Shown: piece by piece, positions 23,918-38,365 of the stretch | Position numbering within the stretch: position 1 is the first letter of the stretch | Layout of the letters: every line of letters begins with the position of its first letter | Source of the DNA: Octopus vulgaris | Taxonomy: Eukaryota | DNA: 64,000 bases | Assembly: GCA_951406725.2 (NCBI GenBank) | Contig: OX597826.1 | Location: 1,426,001-1,490,000 of the forward strand | Reading direction: 5' to 3' | Program-made: the position numbers and the translations under genes | Notes under the pieces: generated by a model | Databases searched by the model: none | Seen by the model: the letters and a program-made list of their open reading frames with translations, nothing else | Told to the model about the DNA's origin: nothing

Positions 23918-26900
23918 CTGAAATCAACAAGACAATACATTGTGAAGTGGTTGGACACCAGAGATGAGAGACGGACGGACGGACAGACAGAGATTTGTAA
24001 AGTGTGTATGTATATGTTACAAGTACAATGCAATGTATAAGTGTTCAATGTATACACACACTGCATTCATTCAGGATTACATGTCATGTAGATGGAGAGA
24101 CTACATATTTTTCTACACACATTCTTTAAAACTTCTCATACAAACAGTGCCTACAAATAACACAAACATCCACATATTCACAAGACAAAGAGCAGAGTGA
24201 TTTGCAACTTCCTGACTTGCTAGAGATAACAGTCAAATATCTCTCAAATCATACCTTACTATCCTAAAATATATTTATTTGGGTGTTGTCTCATAAATTT
24301 TGAACTTCCAAATTCTTCCTGCAAAGAAGAATCTGGAAGTCACTATCTGACCAAAGCTGGTTACTGGTTGCTGCTAAATCCAGGTTGGGAGGCAAACTTC
24401 TCACCACACAATAACGCCTGTACCACCCTATAGAACATAAAGGTATGTTCTATGTAGATAACCCTATATATATTTGTAGTCAATCAGTTCAAATCATTCA
24501 AAAAACCCTACTAAAACTTTATTTTGTTTTTCTGTATGCAAATCTCGATCCATACAAATATTCACACATACATCAGTATACTATATTTTCATAGGATGGT
24601 GAGAAGGAAAAACAGTGCCTATGATCCTTTCAGAACATGACAGATTCGAAGATGTTATCCTCAAGAGCAAGGGCCCGAATACCTCTAACTCAAGGAACTC
24701 CAGTCAACAGATAAAATTAACCAGCCAAAAACAGGATTTGTCCTAAGGATTCTATGGTTTTTCTCCACTAAATTTCATTCACAAGGCTTTATTTTACATG
24801 AAGGTAGAATAGAAAAAACACTTGCCCAAGCCACCACAAGGTATCACACGATGGGATTGAACCTGCAACCTTGTACTTTCAAAGCAAACTTTTCCATATA
24901 TAACAAATACATCGATCCATACACACCAATCAATACAATCTATCAGAACACACACACAAAACAATTTTAAACACGAAAGGACTACATTTTTTTTCCTATA
25001 TTAAACTAGGTTTTCCCTACAGTGAAATATAGGGCACAGTTTGTGAAATATAGGGCACAGTTTGTGTTCTATATAAACAACAACCTGTAAATATGAAAAG
25101 TACAAATATCAACAATCAATGGCAATACTGTGAATGTGTGAAATATCAGGTGACAGTCACTTCAATATTGTATTAGTTTTGAAATAAGGTAAGTCAGTAG
25201 TTTCGTAAGTATAAAGACTTCATGCTGAATAAACTACTGAAAATTTTGAACTTCTTTGAGCTTCCTGAAAATTACACTGAGAATCTGCTTTTGATTCTGA
25301 GAAGCAAACGGCATCTTTAGAACTATGAAAATAAAAATCATTTTCTTGTATCTCAGCTAAAAAAAATCCAATTTTTTGATCTTAAAGGTTTGTAATGAAA
25401 CTTTCATTTTCATATTATGTTCTTTTGAATTTGATAACCAGAAATAATTTATCTATAAATGGTAAATGCATGTGAGGGAGGGAGAGAGAGAGAGAAATTT
25501 CTACATATTTATGAATACCTTTGTTGTTATATGTTACACATGGAGTGGAGAGAGAAGTGCTCTCTCTCAGTGAATTTGTCAAATGGTGAGTGACTTTGGC
25601 AAAAAGGGTTAGGGTGAATGGACCTACTCTAAGTATAGATTAGAGAACAACAGTCAGGCAAGTGCTTGTGCCCTATGTGGTCAGGGTGATCCTGGATTTG
25701 TAGAGTCCCTTGACTGGCCTTAATAGGAGGTTCTCCTGTTTCAGGAAGACTGCATCATACATATACCTTTATCTCATTCCACCTCCCTACCGCTCCCTTA
25801 CTCATGTCTTTTACATAAACACCCATGCAAACTGTAAACTGTTCTTGTAAGGCCATCCTTAACAGATACCCCAATGGCAAACACCAGAAATCCTTATTAC
25901 ATTATGTTCAGTAAGTTACAAACTTTAGATATGTAAATACTTAATGAATAAATAAATATTTGAGCTATGAAGAAGTACTTAATGAAAAGCCAAACAAGAA
26001 GGAGGGTGGAGGTTTAGGGTAACATGAATATAAAAAAGGGAATTATTAAGAGAAATGGGTGTAAAAGAAAGTGGAAATTTATAAAGCAAGCTACAAGTTG
26101 ACCTAAGAAAAGAAAGTTCACATCCTTCGTTTGTCACTAAATATTTCAATGCCTGCTTGCCTTCTTGATAATTATACTGGTGGGAATAAATTCCAAAGCA
26201 TGACATGTGCTGATTCACAAATAGACTAAAATGTTAAATTGGCGAGACGAGTGTAGAGACGACATGTATATGGCAACAGAGAGTAAAAAGTGTTGAAGAC
26301 GTAAATTATTTCCTACCAACACGGTAATGTGGAATAATTAAATAAATATAAATAAAAACCTAATATCACTATTCCTTGATCGAAGTTAATTGAATAGTTA
26401 AATGTCAGAGCTGAGTTATTTTTATTAAGATTATAATTTTCAGAACCATTAACTCCATCTTTAGAGTGTATCCTAATCATTTTAGGTCTGCTTTCCCTGC
26501 TGGCATGGGATGGACAGGTCATCATGGTCCAAGTAATTTCTTATTGAGAGTTGTTGCTCCCACAGACTTGGTACTCATGTGTGTCTTCAGATCAGCCTTC
26601 ACCACTTTGTCCCAAGTCCTATAGAAAAGGAAGACCACAGATGACTTGGGATGAAGGCTAACTTGGAAAGCATATTTATAATATTTACATATAAACATGC
26701 ATCTGTGGCCTTGAGAAGAAAGAAAGACATTGTTGACCTTTGATAAGAAATAAAGGGTACCTAGTTTGAAATCTATTTGATGTCATGTAATTTTCAATAT
26801 CTGATGATGATTTAAAATGAGGCTAATTAGTGTGAAAAGTTTTTAATTTAACGACTGAAAATTATGATTGATGCAAGTCCACACATTTATAGGGGATGGG

Positions 26901-28017
26901 TATAGTTTATTGAATTAACTGATATATATATACTACCATTACTTTAATTGTTATTAGAGAACTGTTGATTTGAATTCAGTTGATAGGGAGATAACACTAG
27001 AGATAGAAGAGATTTTAGTGGAGTACAGGGGAGTTTTTCCACCAAGACAGTTTCTGCTATAAATTTGTAAGAGATAAAGATGGAGAGCTCGCTGAATTGC
27101 TAGCATGCCGAGTGAAAAGCTTAGTGGTATTTCATCTGTCTTTATATTCTGAGTTCAAATTCTGCTGTGGTCAACTTGGCCATTCATGCTTTCAGTTGAG
27201 TACTGGGGTCAATGTAATTGACTTATCTACTCCCGAGTATGAGTATAAAAACTGCATCCCTCTGCCAAGCCATGTTGAACCAGTGTGGCAGAGTAAGCTC
27301 ATCAAACCAGTATGATCTTGAGTCATTCTCTGGCAGAGAGAAGATGCTGAGGCTTTTGTCCTGCAGCAGACTGAATATGGGCAATCCAATGCAATCCAGA
27401 TGAAGTCTTATTGGCTGGAACTGACTTTATGAACTGAAAAGGGACGATAGGTCAAAGTGACTCCAGCAAGCTGGATAGCTAGACTCAAGAGCAGAAGAAA
27501 CTCAGTTGTCAAGCTGTTCATCTGCCATTCCACGAATAGTTTATTTGATTATTTCAGCTTTAAAAGACACAGCATTGTTATTAGATTTATTTATTTATTA
27601 TTGGTAATCTTTAGTGAAGGGGTAGCAACACCTTTGTAGGCAGACAACTGTCACAGGTGACATTGATATAGTTGTTGTTTAGGTTGTTGAACATTTTTTG
27701 AAGTCAATGGCTGCAGGGAAAGAGATTCCAGAGAATTGACATTCTGGGACAAAGCAGCAAGTGCAGTGGGACTGGGTATTGAGAGAAAAGTATGTCAAGT
27801 GGAGGCAGGACTGTGTGTGACAAAAGAAGAAAAAGTCTCAAGTGTCGGCAGGTAAGGCAACTAGCCTTCCTTACCTGACACTTACCTGAGTTCAGAGAGA
27901 GGAAAGAAACTGTTGTAGCAATGACAGAACAAGTAGCAGGAGGAGACAAATAAATGTTCAAAATTATAGGTTTTCATTTGACAAAGAAAGAAGATTTCTC
28001 TCCCTCTCCAATTTATA

Positions 28018-29161
28018 CAGGGCGAGTAAGATATTTGAGGACAGATTTATGTTTATAAAAAAAAAATATATAACAACAGATAATAACTATATCAAAAAAT
28101 GCTATGGGGATAAAAATAGACCTTCTCTTCTATAATATTATTTTAAAAAGCCACCTTCAACTTCAACAACTGCTTCTATATGCTCAAATCAAGTGGTCCT
28201 GGTGCATTTTGGACATTACCCTGACTATGGTAGCTTTCAAAGAATCTTTGGTGTTATGGGCATGTTCATTGACCTCTCTCTCAACAATGCTACACATGTA
28301 ATAGCCCAATGGAGTGTGATCTGGGGAATTAGGAGGCCAAATATTAGGGGTTATGTGATCATGAAAATTTTCAGCCATCCATTCCTGTGTTACTAGAGCC
28401 ATGTGTGATAGTGCAAAGTCTTACTGAAACGCATATGGCCTTCCATTGCATACACTATCCAGGGGCTTAATTATTTCCAGGACCTCAATGTAGGCAGCCG
28501 AGTTAACTCTAAGGGCTTGTGGAAAGAAGTAAGGAGGCATCACTTGTCCTTCATTACTGACAACCCCTAAAACCATGACAGTTGCAGGAAATTTTGTATG
28601 CATAACACTTGGAACTTCATAGGGGTCTGTACATAACCATCTGTCATTTCTTCTGCTAACTTATTGATCTTGGTCGAAGTTTTTCTCGTTTCAGAAAAAC
28701 TGAATCTTCTGGATTTTTCAGTTTGTTTCAGAACCTTTTAGATCAGACGTAGTGATTTTCTTTTGCTTTATCTAACAAACTGACCTTTCCTCATCATCTA
28801 AGACTTATATCTGATGTCTTTGTGGACATCATTTCTGACTGTTCCTTCTGACACATGGAGATCTTCTACAATTCACCTCATGGACTTTCTGGGATTATAA
28901 TCAATGGTCTGTTGAACTTGCTGGATAAATTCAGGTGTTCTGATGATTTCAGAGCATTTAGAATGTTTTTTCTGCTTTGATACTGGTGACACGTTTCCAT
29001 CTTCAGTCTCTCGCTCCTTACAAACTTTGTAGATGAAAGAGTTGGCAACTTTTAAAAATAGAGATATTTCTAAATCCCTATGCTCAACCTTTATAACCAC
29101 AATAACAGCATGCCTTTTCATTTCTTGAGCTAGCTGAGTCTACCATACCTTACGCACCCTG
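28018..29161 (-). mobile_element. Full-span, decayed Tc1/mariner transposon of the maT (DD37D) group
   Basis: TA TSDs; TIRs CAGGGCGAGTAAGATAT / CAGGGTGCGTAAGGTAT; broken transposase from ATG 29121 with 'KFPATVMVLGVVS..G', 'FQ*D' and 'WPPNSPDHTPL(G)Y'; 37 residues between the 2nd D and the (mutated) 3rd D position. Confidence 0.92.
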
Positions 29162-29351
29162 TATGTATGTGTGTGTGTGTGTATATACATAAAATCATTG
29201 TTTAACATCCACTTTCCATGCTGGCATGTGTTGGACAGTTTGACATGGAATTGGTCGAGACCCCAGTTGTCTGTTGTGGCATGATTGCTATGGCTGAATG
29301 CTCTTTCTAATGCCAATCACTCAACAGAGTGAGCTGGGTGCTTTTTACATG

Positions 29352-29387
<36 letters not shown>

Positions 29388-29804
29388 CATCTTCATTTAA
29401 TATTAACTTTTCCAGGCTTGTATGGGTGAGATGAAATTTGTTGAGGCAAATTTTCTATGACCACATGCTCTTCCAATCGCTAAGCCTCAACTATTTCCAA
29501 GCAAGGTAATATTTCCCCCATGGGCAGGTATGTTTTTCATGGAAGAGTGGAAATGAGCAACATCACTCTTATGATGATCATCATATCTACAACCATAATG
29601 TCAAGACAACAGTACACACAAACACACACACACATACATACACGACCGGCTTCCAATTTCAACCTATCAAATCCACTAATACAGCTTCAGCTGGCTTTTG
29701 GGGCTCTGGTGGAAGACACTGGCCCAAAGTGCCACACAATGAGAATGAACTTGAGACCACATAGTTTGGAAGCAAGTTTCTTAACCATGTAACCACATCT
29801 GAGC

Positions 29805-29846
<42 letters not shown>

Positions 29847-29986
29847 CATACATACATACACACACATATATATACACACACATATATATACACCAGATAA
29901 TAGAACAATTACATATTCATTTAAGATAGGAATACACAAATACACTCCTGGCTTTTGTACATAAATGATGCTTTAGACAAGTCTAC

Positions 29987-29990
<4 letters not shown>

Positions 29991-30057
<67 letters not shown>
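29991..30057. repeat. (GA)n microsatellite
   Basis: About 33 uninterrupted GA units; representative of many (GA)n, (TA)n and (CA)n tracts in the window. Confidence 0.95.
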
Positions 30058-30059
<2 letters not shown>

Positions 30060-30584
30060 TGTGAGGTACTTGATTACAAACTCATACTAAAAGTTTTTGT
30101 AAAACCACCTTGAAAAATTAGGTAGTATTGGTTGCTGCTGCTTAGTCCTAAGACAGCCCTGACTGACCAGAGTTATGATGAAAGGCAGGCACTCTAGCCA
30201 TGCCTATCCCTTCTTTCACACCTGTAGACATGCTACCTAAGCCTGTCATGGGAAGAAGATTTGGCTGCAATTTCAGGTAGTTTTAATGGCTCTGCAAAGG
30301 CTACTCCATTTGTTTATAAAAGTCTAAAGTTTGTCCAAAGTAGTAGTAGTATGAGATATAGCATTACAGAACATCTAAGCATAGTTTTAAATGTATAAAC
30401 CCTTACATGTATAAACTAACATCTAAGACTTTAACATTCAGATTACCCTGTCAAATGTAATCCTTATTTATTTACAATGTTTAGAATTAATCATGCATTA
30501 TATCATAGCTTCAAGACTTTGATAATATGATTGTTTATTCTCAGAAAAATATTGTAAGGTAGGTGAGTGAGCGATCAGATCTCT

Positions 30585-30890
30585 TTTTCTCTTTTTACTT
30601 GTTTCAGTCATTTAACTGCAGCCATGCTGGAGCACCGCCTTTAGTCGAGCTAATCGACCCCAGGACTTATTCTTTGTAAGCCTAGTACTTATTCTATCAG
30701 TCTCTTTTGCTGAACTGCTAAGTAACGGGGATGTAAAGACACTAGCATCGGTTGTCAAGTGATGTTGGGGGGACAAACACATACACACAAACATACATAT
30801 ATACGACGGGCTTCTTTCAGTTTCTGTCTACCAAATCCACTCACAAGGCTTTGGCCGGCCCGAGGCTATAATAGAAGACACTTGCCCAAG
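30585..30890 (-). mobile_element. SINE family A inside a TTAA MITE copy
   Basis: Near-consensus A sequence lacking the head, flanked by MITE sequence. Confidence 0.85.
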
Positions 30891-30985
30891 ATGTTAAGCC
30901 AATCCTGCACCTAGCTTGAATACAAAACAGAAAGAATTTTTGGGTTGGATATGACCAGTTTAAAAGCCAAAGGGTTAATATAAAC

Positions 30986-31335
30986 CAAGGGTTTTCAATC
31001 ATCTTTTATCAATGGACCCTTTTTTATTATTATTTTATTCTGGTGTACCCCCATAGCCATTCAATGTTTAAAAACTAATTTTATAGGAACATCTTTCAAA
31101 ATTCTTATTTTGTTTTTCTCACATTGACTTGTGTAGATTGAACTGTGTAAAATGTTAGAGAAAGAAACCCAGCTGTTTCTTGCAATACATACCAATTAAT
31201 ACATCTAGAGCAAAATTTTCTTAGAGGTCCTTAAAATGCTATTGCGAATTCCCAATTTACTATTTTGTTGTGTGGACTCCCCAAAATTTTATATGGGCCC
31301 TCAGGGGCCATATGGTCCCTGGTTAAGAACCACTA
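30986..31335. mobile_element. Non-autonomous hAT (Charlie-like) element
   Basis: Perfect 8-bp TSD ATATAAAC (30978-85, 31336-43); ends CAAGGGTTTTCAA / TTAAGAACCACTA resemble CAGTGGTTCTCAA-type TIRs. Confidence 0.85.
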
Positions 31336-32829
31336 ATATAAACAATCCTTGATTCCTAAGCTGAAAAATTTAATGGCCATTCTTGTTTGATCAGCAGAAT
31401 TAAACCACAGTCCAGTCATAGACCCAAACTAACTGGTAGAACTGTGCTAAAAAAGGAAGAAATGAAGAACTCAAACTACATCCTTATATGCACCAAGAAT
31501 GCATGCATTTTAGAAGAATCACACCTTACTGTCTGATGAGTGACATAGAAAATGGCACATCATAAGATTTAGTGAACTTCAAAGATCTGGCAAAGTGCTA
31601 AAAGAAATAAAACATTACTATCTTTTCTGCCACATCAGTGAAAAGATATGAAGAATGGCGTTAAGGAATTCAACAATATTTCTGATCAAGTAGCCAAATG
31701 TACCTTGAAGATATCAAAGAAGTACAGCCTCAAAATAACCAAAGTATTTGCACCAACAATTGCAAATACTTAAGAATTGGAACTATTGAATGAAGATATT
31801 GATGAGGAAAGTGACCGTAATAAGATGTTTTAAGCACCAAGAACAAGAAAAGGAATACTGCTGAGTAAAATGATCACAAAAGAAATGACAAGACAAACCT
31901 GCAGATATTTCTATCTGTCAAACAGCATTAAAAAAAAAACCCAGTACTATCTTTAAAATAAGCATGAATAAAGAGACATGAAGAACTCAACTTTCTATGA
32001 AATATATTATAATCATATCATAAGAATATTCAAGTATTTAACAAAGTCAAAAGCAGAATGAATGTTAAGTGGTAAGCTTGCAAAATGGAAGAAATCACTC
32101 TACTAAGCATTGACAAGATCATTTTCAAGCCGACCTTAACAAAATGGTAATTAAACAACTAACACAAAGTGACGGCACTGACATTTCAAAAGAGAATCTA
32201 GAAAAAGCCCTCATTACATCAACTGAATACTACAGGGAAACATTAGAGAAAAACCAACAAACTACATCGGAGAATCTTGAAACTGATAAAAATAATATGA
32301 AAAAAAACAAAAACGAAAAAACAAACAAACAAAACATCTAGACAACTAACTCAAAGATACAATGGAAAGAGCAGAATTTATATAAACAGATAATGGGAAA
32401 ATAGTGAGGATTGAAGAAAACACTACAAAGATATAATAGAAACAATTTGATTGGGGTTCAGTCCCACTGGGTGACACCTTGGGCAGGTTTCTCCTACTAT
32501 AGGCAGAAGTCAATCGGTGTCTTGTGAATGAATTTGGTAGGCGGAAACTATGTGGAAGCTTGTCGAGTGTGTGCATGTATTGTGTCTATTTGCTGCCATC
32601 GCCTCCACTGCTTGACAATTGGTATTGGTTTGCTTATGTCCATGTAACATGGTGGCCTGGGAAAAGAGACAGGTAGACAAGTACCAGTCTTCAAAATTAG
32701 TACTGGGGGCAATTTGGGGGCAATCCCATTATGGCTGCAGTCCAACTGAATAACAATTAGTACAAAATGAAAACAAAAAAAAAAAGGGGAAGACTTCCCG
32801 CCAAGGAAAAGCATCACTGGAGCCACAAT

Positions 32830-33047
32830 AATAACCCTTTCTAATATAGCCACAAGGCCTGAAATTGGTGAAGGGGATACAGTCGATTACATCGACCCCA
32901 ATGCTCAGCTGGTACTTGTTTCATCGACTCCGAAAGGATAAAAGGCAAAGTCGACCTCGGCGGAATTTGAACTCAGAACGAAGCGATGGGAGAAAATACA
33001 TCTAAGCATTTCGTCAGCGTGTCAGCGATTTTGCCAATTCGCCACCA
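32830..33047 (-). mobile_element. SINE family B, alternative-tail variant
   Basis: B head and core with the '...TTTCAGGCCTTGTGGC' tail also seen at ~19475 and ~51120. Confidence 0.8.
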
Positions 33048-33735
33048 AAATAATACAATTTCTAAAACAAAACACTTGACTTGAAAATGCAGAAGCTATT
33101 CATTTTGCAAAGATCTTCAGTGTTTGTCTTCAGTGAAGCTCAATTGTCACCATGTAAAAAAAACAGTGGGGGGGGGGGGTGCGGAGAAAAGACCCTGCAA
33201 ACTCTAGGACTACCAACCTTCTAAAAGCGCCAGATGCAAAGTTATTTACATAAACCATAATGAACAGAATTACGAATGGACGAAAAGCAGACAGGTGAAC
33301 AAGCGGAATTTCGAGGCGAATTTCTTTTCATCACTGCCCACCTATAATTAGCCATGAACTAATTAATCGAAGAAGAAAAGAAAAAAACCCAGCGGAATAG
33401 ACCCCCCCCCCCTGCATGTATATTGTCTTTACAGACGTCCCAAAAAGCGTTCGATTCTGGGAAATTCCAGCGGTTATGGCACGTATAACTAAAGTGGAGA
33501 AACAGGTCTTATTATAAGGTTTTATTAGACAACACAAAAAAAACATACGAAACAATTTCATCCGCCCCCCCCCGAGGCTTAAGACATCGAGATTTTATTT
33601 CACCAAACGTTTTAATAAAACTGGACAGGGATGAATGAAGGTGAAACAGTAGCCAGGTATTAGAATTACAAGGTAAATTAGGGCCTCAAACTATGTCTTA
33701 GAACTAAATGCAGAAAGCAAGGACAGAACTAATGA

Positions 33736-33801
<66 letters not shown>

Positions 33802-34295
33802 CTTTTACAAGAAGGGAGGGGTGATTGGCTCCGAAGTTTCGGTTGGCTACCCTTCGTCAGACTAAAAAAGTACTGAGTAATTCTTCAGTTTAATGTTAAA
33901 TTGTTTTTATATATAACTTGACACAAAAGCAAACACTTATATCTGCATGATTTCGATAACCCCCCCCCCCAAAAAAAAAAAAAACTGATGTAACATCTGG
34001 CCAAGTTAAACAATTAGTTCCACTGACCTCGGTCAACGAGGAGAAAGAAAGAAAACCCCCGGTTGATTTACCTCGGCGAATAACTCTTCGGGACTGTAGA
34101 TGATTTTCATGTTTCTTTCAAAAAAAATAAACTCCTTCCTGAAAAGACAGGTTTCATGGAACCTGGTAACAGATTTCAGAAGCAAATACCAAAATGCGAA
34201 AGAAAAAAAAAAAAAAAAAGGCTGACGGACGCGTCGTGCTTGGATTGGCTATAAACAGCGGAATGGAACCCCGAGGAAACGAAACTAAATGGCAC

Positions 34296-34615
34296 TCTTT
34301 TATCTTGTTTCAGTCATTGAACTGCGGCTGGAGCACCTCGTTGAAGGATTTAGTCGAAACAAATCGATCCAAGCACTTTAAGTCAGGTACTTATTCTCGT
34401 TCACTTTCGCCGAGCCGCTAAGTTATAGGGACGTAAACAAACCGACACACACAGCGAACTTGTTTCTGTTTCCGTCTCCATACAAATCCACTTACAAGGC
34501 TTTGGTCGGCCCAGGATTATGGAAGAAGACATTTGCCTCAGGTGCCGCGTAGTACGATTGAACCTGAAACCGTGTGGTTGGGAACCAAACTTCTTAGCAC
34601 ATAGCCATGCCTGCG
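34296..34615 (-). mobile_element. SINE family A, diverged but CpG-retaining
   Basis: Head-to-tail similarity to family A with many CG dinucleotides kept. Confidence 0.8.
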
Positions 34616-34912
34616 TCAGAACCCCACGGTGGGTTCCAGAATTTGCAAAATGATCGTCGAATTAACAACTGACTGGATACTTCTGAGGAATGATTGATAA
34701 ACAAGAAGTGGACGAAACAAGCAGGACGCCGAGGGAACGCAAAGGAAGAATGATGAAGGAGAGGGGGGGGGGGAAACCCGGGGGATCGGAAATCCAGGAC
34801 GGAAAAAAGATGGAAAAATAAGAGACTTTTATGGAGCAAAGGGGAAAGTGAAACAAATTCGATGGAAACGATATCAAAACAATCCAAAACGATTTGGAAT
34901 TATAATACATAC

Positions 34913-35170
34913 CGCCTAAAAATAAAAATATATAAATATAAAATAGTAAAGCCCCAGACGAGACCCGAACCCCTTATCTCTTGCTTCCTAAACGATGTTT
35001 AATAGGCGACAGGGTTCGTGGGTTTTCGCTCCGATATAAAGTAAAGTTACAATTAAATTCCAAATTATGTACAACTATAAAATATTCTTTTCATACACAC
35101 GTTATACCAAAGAAAAAAAAAACAGTTTGAACTACTCTCTATAATGGAATTCACACTCTGAGTTTCCGCT
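34913..35170 (-). other. Candidate alternative non-coding first exon (P2); 5' end approximate
   Basis: Donor GCG|GTATGT at 34912; locally CpG-rich unique sequence next to (CT)n/(CA)n; an in-frame TAG just before the donor makes it UTR. Confidence 0.4.
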
Positions 35171-35524
35171 CTCTCTCTCTCTCACACACAAATGTATGTA
35201 TATATGAATGTGTGTGCCGCGTGTATAAAAGCTGCAAGAACGCACACAATGCGAACTGTTGATTTATTTATAGCTTAAGATAAACATTGCTGAAATATGC
35301 CCTGTCTGAAAAGGAAGGGTTGCCTTAGAGTCGGATGGGGTGGGGGGCCATGTCTATCCACCCTTTCTCTCTCTCTCTCTCCTCTTTCACAATATACACA
35401 CATGTTGAACATTTGAAAAATAGAAAAAGCTAGGAAGTGTTTATTTATTTATAACAAAGATACGGGTTCAACAAGTTGGTTCTCCAGAAGCAGTTTCATT
35501 TATATCTGCCCGTGGTTGGTGATG

Positions 35525-35930
35525 GTTGTAACTGTTGTCTAGCGTCCACGACCTTATGATGAAGGACGTTCCAGGCGTGACCAGCCAGTATTCTTTTTTT
35601 TCTTTCTTATATCAGGGGACATTAGTTCAACGGGCCCTTTTTTTTTTTTAAGAGTATTTTTAAAGAAACCTGACTATTTCTAGCAGATCGAAAGGCCAGG
35701 TAGAGACACCCTCGTTTGAATGTGGCTGTTTCGCCCCAGGTCACAGGTGGTCGAACAGACCCTATGATCAAAACCACTTCAGCTGTGATTCTCTCAACCT
35801 TTCCTTAAATGCAAGGAACGCAGGAACACATTAAACAAGGTGCCCTCATCAAAAATGACGACGGAGGTGACATATTGATGAAGACTTGAGCTGCTATTTC
35901 AAGCAAACCGAGCAGCCACGTAAAAGATTT
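35525..35930 (+). repeat. Two adjacent copies of an old ~200-bp interspersed repeat (family F)
   Basis: Shared motifs GACCTATGATCAAAGGCATTCCAG and GATTTGGCTGCTATTTCTAGCAG, also at ~3230/3740, 9730, 30140, 37960(-), 41750, 45190(-) and 48320. Confidence 0.6.
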
Positions 35931-38019
35931 ATGTTAGTAATACTTCTAGATAGATGGTATATATATATAAAAGTTGTTGAAGAATGATTTTGAAGGAATA
36001 AAGACGGGGAGGGGAGGCGTTGAGCAAAGCCCTACCCTCACAAAATAACCCCACCAAAGTAAAATAAACAGAGCAACCACCCTGAATGACATTACATAAC
36101 GAAACATGGTTCTTTCTCTCTCTTTTGGTAATCTTGGGGAAGAAAATATATAAAAAGCAAACTGCTTTTTTATTTTTTAGCATTACACCTGTTGATAAAA
36201 TACTACGGAATTTTTTGTTATCATTTGTAGAAAATAATAATAAATACATAGAAGGGATAAACAATAGACTTCATTGAAGAACAAACCTTCCCTCATCCCA
36301 AATACCTTTCGGTGAGGTGAGGTGTGTGTGTATATGATTGTATACCTGTCAGCAGTGCGGCAACTGATATCCTAATTCTTGTGCATTTTATATACGGCCA
36401 ATGTCAGTGCACGAAATGCCATACCTTTCATAGTAATGAGAAAAGGCCTTAAGCAGAGGCAAGTACTTACACGGGGTACATGAGAGTGGGAGGAAGAGGA
36501 GGAAGAAACAAACAGAAGAGTGTGTGCGGAAGATAGATAGATAGTAAGGGAGAGAAAAGTACAGAGGTAAAAGGCAGAGAAAAGTAGGGAGGTGAAAGGC
36601 AGAGGAAGAGAATTGGTTCACTGAAGGGAATCTATTGTTAGAGAAGATAGAACGTGGTGGGAGGGGAAAGGTAGAAGAAACGTGCGTTAATTTAGTATGT
36701 ATGGTATGTGCAGTTGAGTAGTAGTGTACATGTAGGTGTATATATATATATATATATGCGTGTGTGTGTGTGTGTGTGTGTATAATTGACGGGCAAGGTG
36801 GTATGATAGCAGGTTGGTAAGGTGTGTATGTATATAATTCGTAATTATATATATGAGAGGTTTTGGTAGCCAGAAGATCGAAAAGCAGGTAAAGCTGTGT
36901 AAAGTGCTGCGGAAGGACCCCTGTTGGACTCCCGGTTCCATAACAGTATGAGGGAGGAGTCGTGTGGGAGCGAGTATGGGTTAAATAAAGTGAGACAACA
37001 AAGCCAAGGCAGTGTGAAATTTCAGGGACATTTTATAAAGAGAAGGGTAGTCTTACAACTGTTTCAGCGATATAAAAGACAACCCATCATCAGAGACGAT
37101 ATGAGAGAGTTAAACAGAAGGATATAGTAGAGTTCAATATAAGAAGCTATTTTTCTTTTACACTACAAGATCCCTTTGAATGAACACCCCACACGGAATT
37201 AAGACCTGCACACTGTCCATTTGTAATAACAAAATATGAACTCCTATCCTAACTTCCATACCATGGACAAGAAGCATTTTCACCCATTCTACACAACACA
37301 TTCCTTGCATAATTGAACAGCAATTTTAACATCCGACATATATCTTTATTTTTGTTCTCTTGTCTCCATTTATACTTCCTACATCTCTCCCTTTCCAAAA
37401 TAACTTTTATACTCTTTTCTTCTGTTATAACCCTGCAACAGCTGTAAAGCTACCCTATAAAACGTCCTAGAAATTCCACACTGCCCTCGCTTTGCCTCAT
37501 TTCATTTAACCTATATGTAGGTGGTGGCCATGGAGGGGTTGGTAGAAAATAACGCTTGCAGTAATGAACGTCTATGTTCAATGACAACTGACTGACCGAA
37601 CAAGTCAGTCGACCATGGCAATATATAAATAAATAAATGAATGAAAATAACTACCGCTAAAATAACGAACTAGTGGCGGGGGAAATAGCAGGTCCATGGT
37701 CTCGCTTGACCGGTACAGATAAAACAAACAATAGTCCATTCCTTTTCAAATTACACACCTTAACCGTCTTAAGAGAAGGACACATTGGATAATAATGTGG
37801 TTTTGGATAGACTATATATGGCCAGCTGGAAGACATGTCCGCTTTCTTTCTTTCTCTCTCTCTCTGTGTATGTATATATATATACACACACATACATAGA
37901 GAGAGAATCAATGCTTTGGAACACTTTTGTAAGGTCAGTGTGGCAGTCTTTACGTGGTCGTTCAGTCTGCTAGAAATAGCAGCCAAATTTCCTTCCTGGC
38001 AGTGTACCGTTCTCTGTGC

Positions 38020-38365
38020 ATCTTTTACATATTTCAGCCACTGGACTGTGGCGATGCTGAGGCATCGCCTTGAAGGGCTTAGTCGAACAAATAAATTAAC
38101 CCCAGTGTTGATTTTTTTAAAAGCCTGATAGTTATTCTGTCTGTCTCTTTTGCTGAAATGCTACCTTACGGAGACGTAAACAAACCAATACCGGTTGCAC
38201 ATAAAGAAAAACACAAATGCACAAACACACACATTCACAAAGTGGTATACCCACAAAGCTTTGGTCTGCCCGGGGTTATAGTAAAAGACATTTGCAGAAA
38301 ATGCCAGGCAGTGGGACTGAACTCAGATCCATAAGGTCGAGAAGCTAACTTCTTACCACACAGCC
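38020..38365 (-). mobile_element. SINE family A
   Basis: Tail-to-head similarity to family A. Confidence 0.8.

Noticed and set aside
23351-24200. Plus-strand ORF cluster
   Set aside because: Antisense shadow of the real minus-strand exon plus MITE and intronic sequence.
31500-32450. A-rich stretch possibly from a Penelope/LINE element
   Set aside because: Too degraded; no unambiguous RT or GIY-YIG motif could be read.
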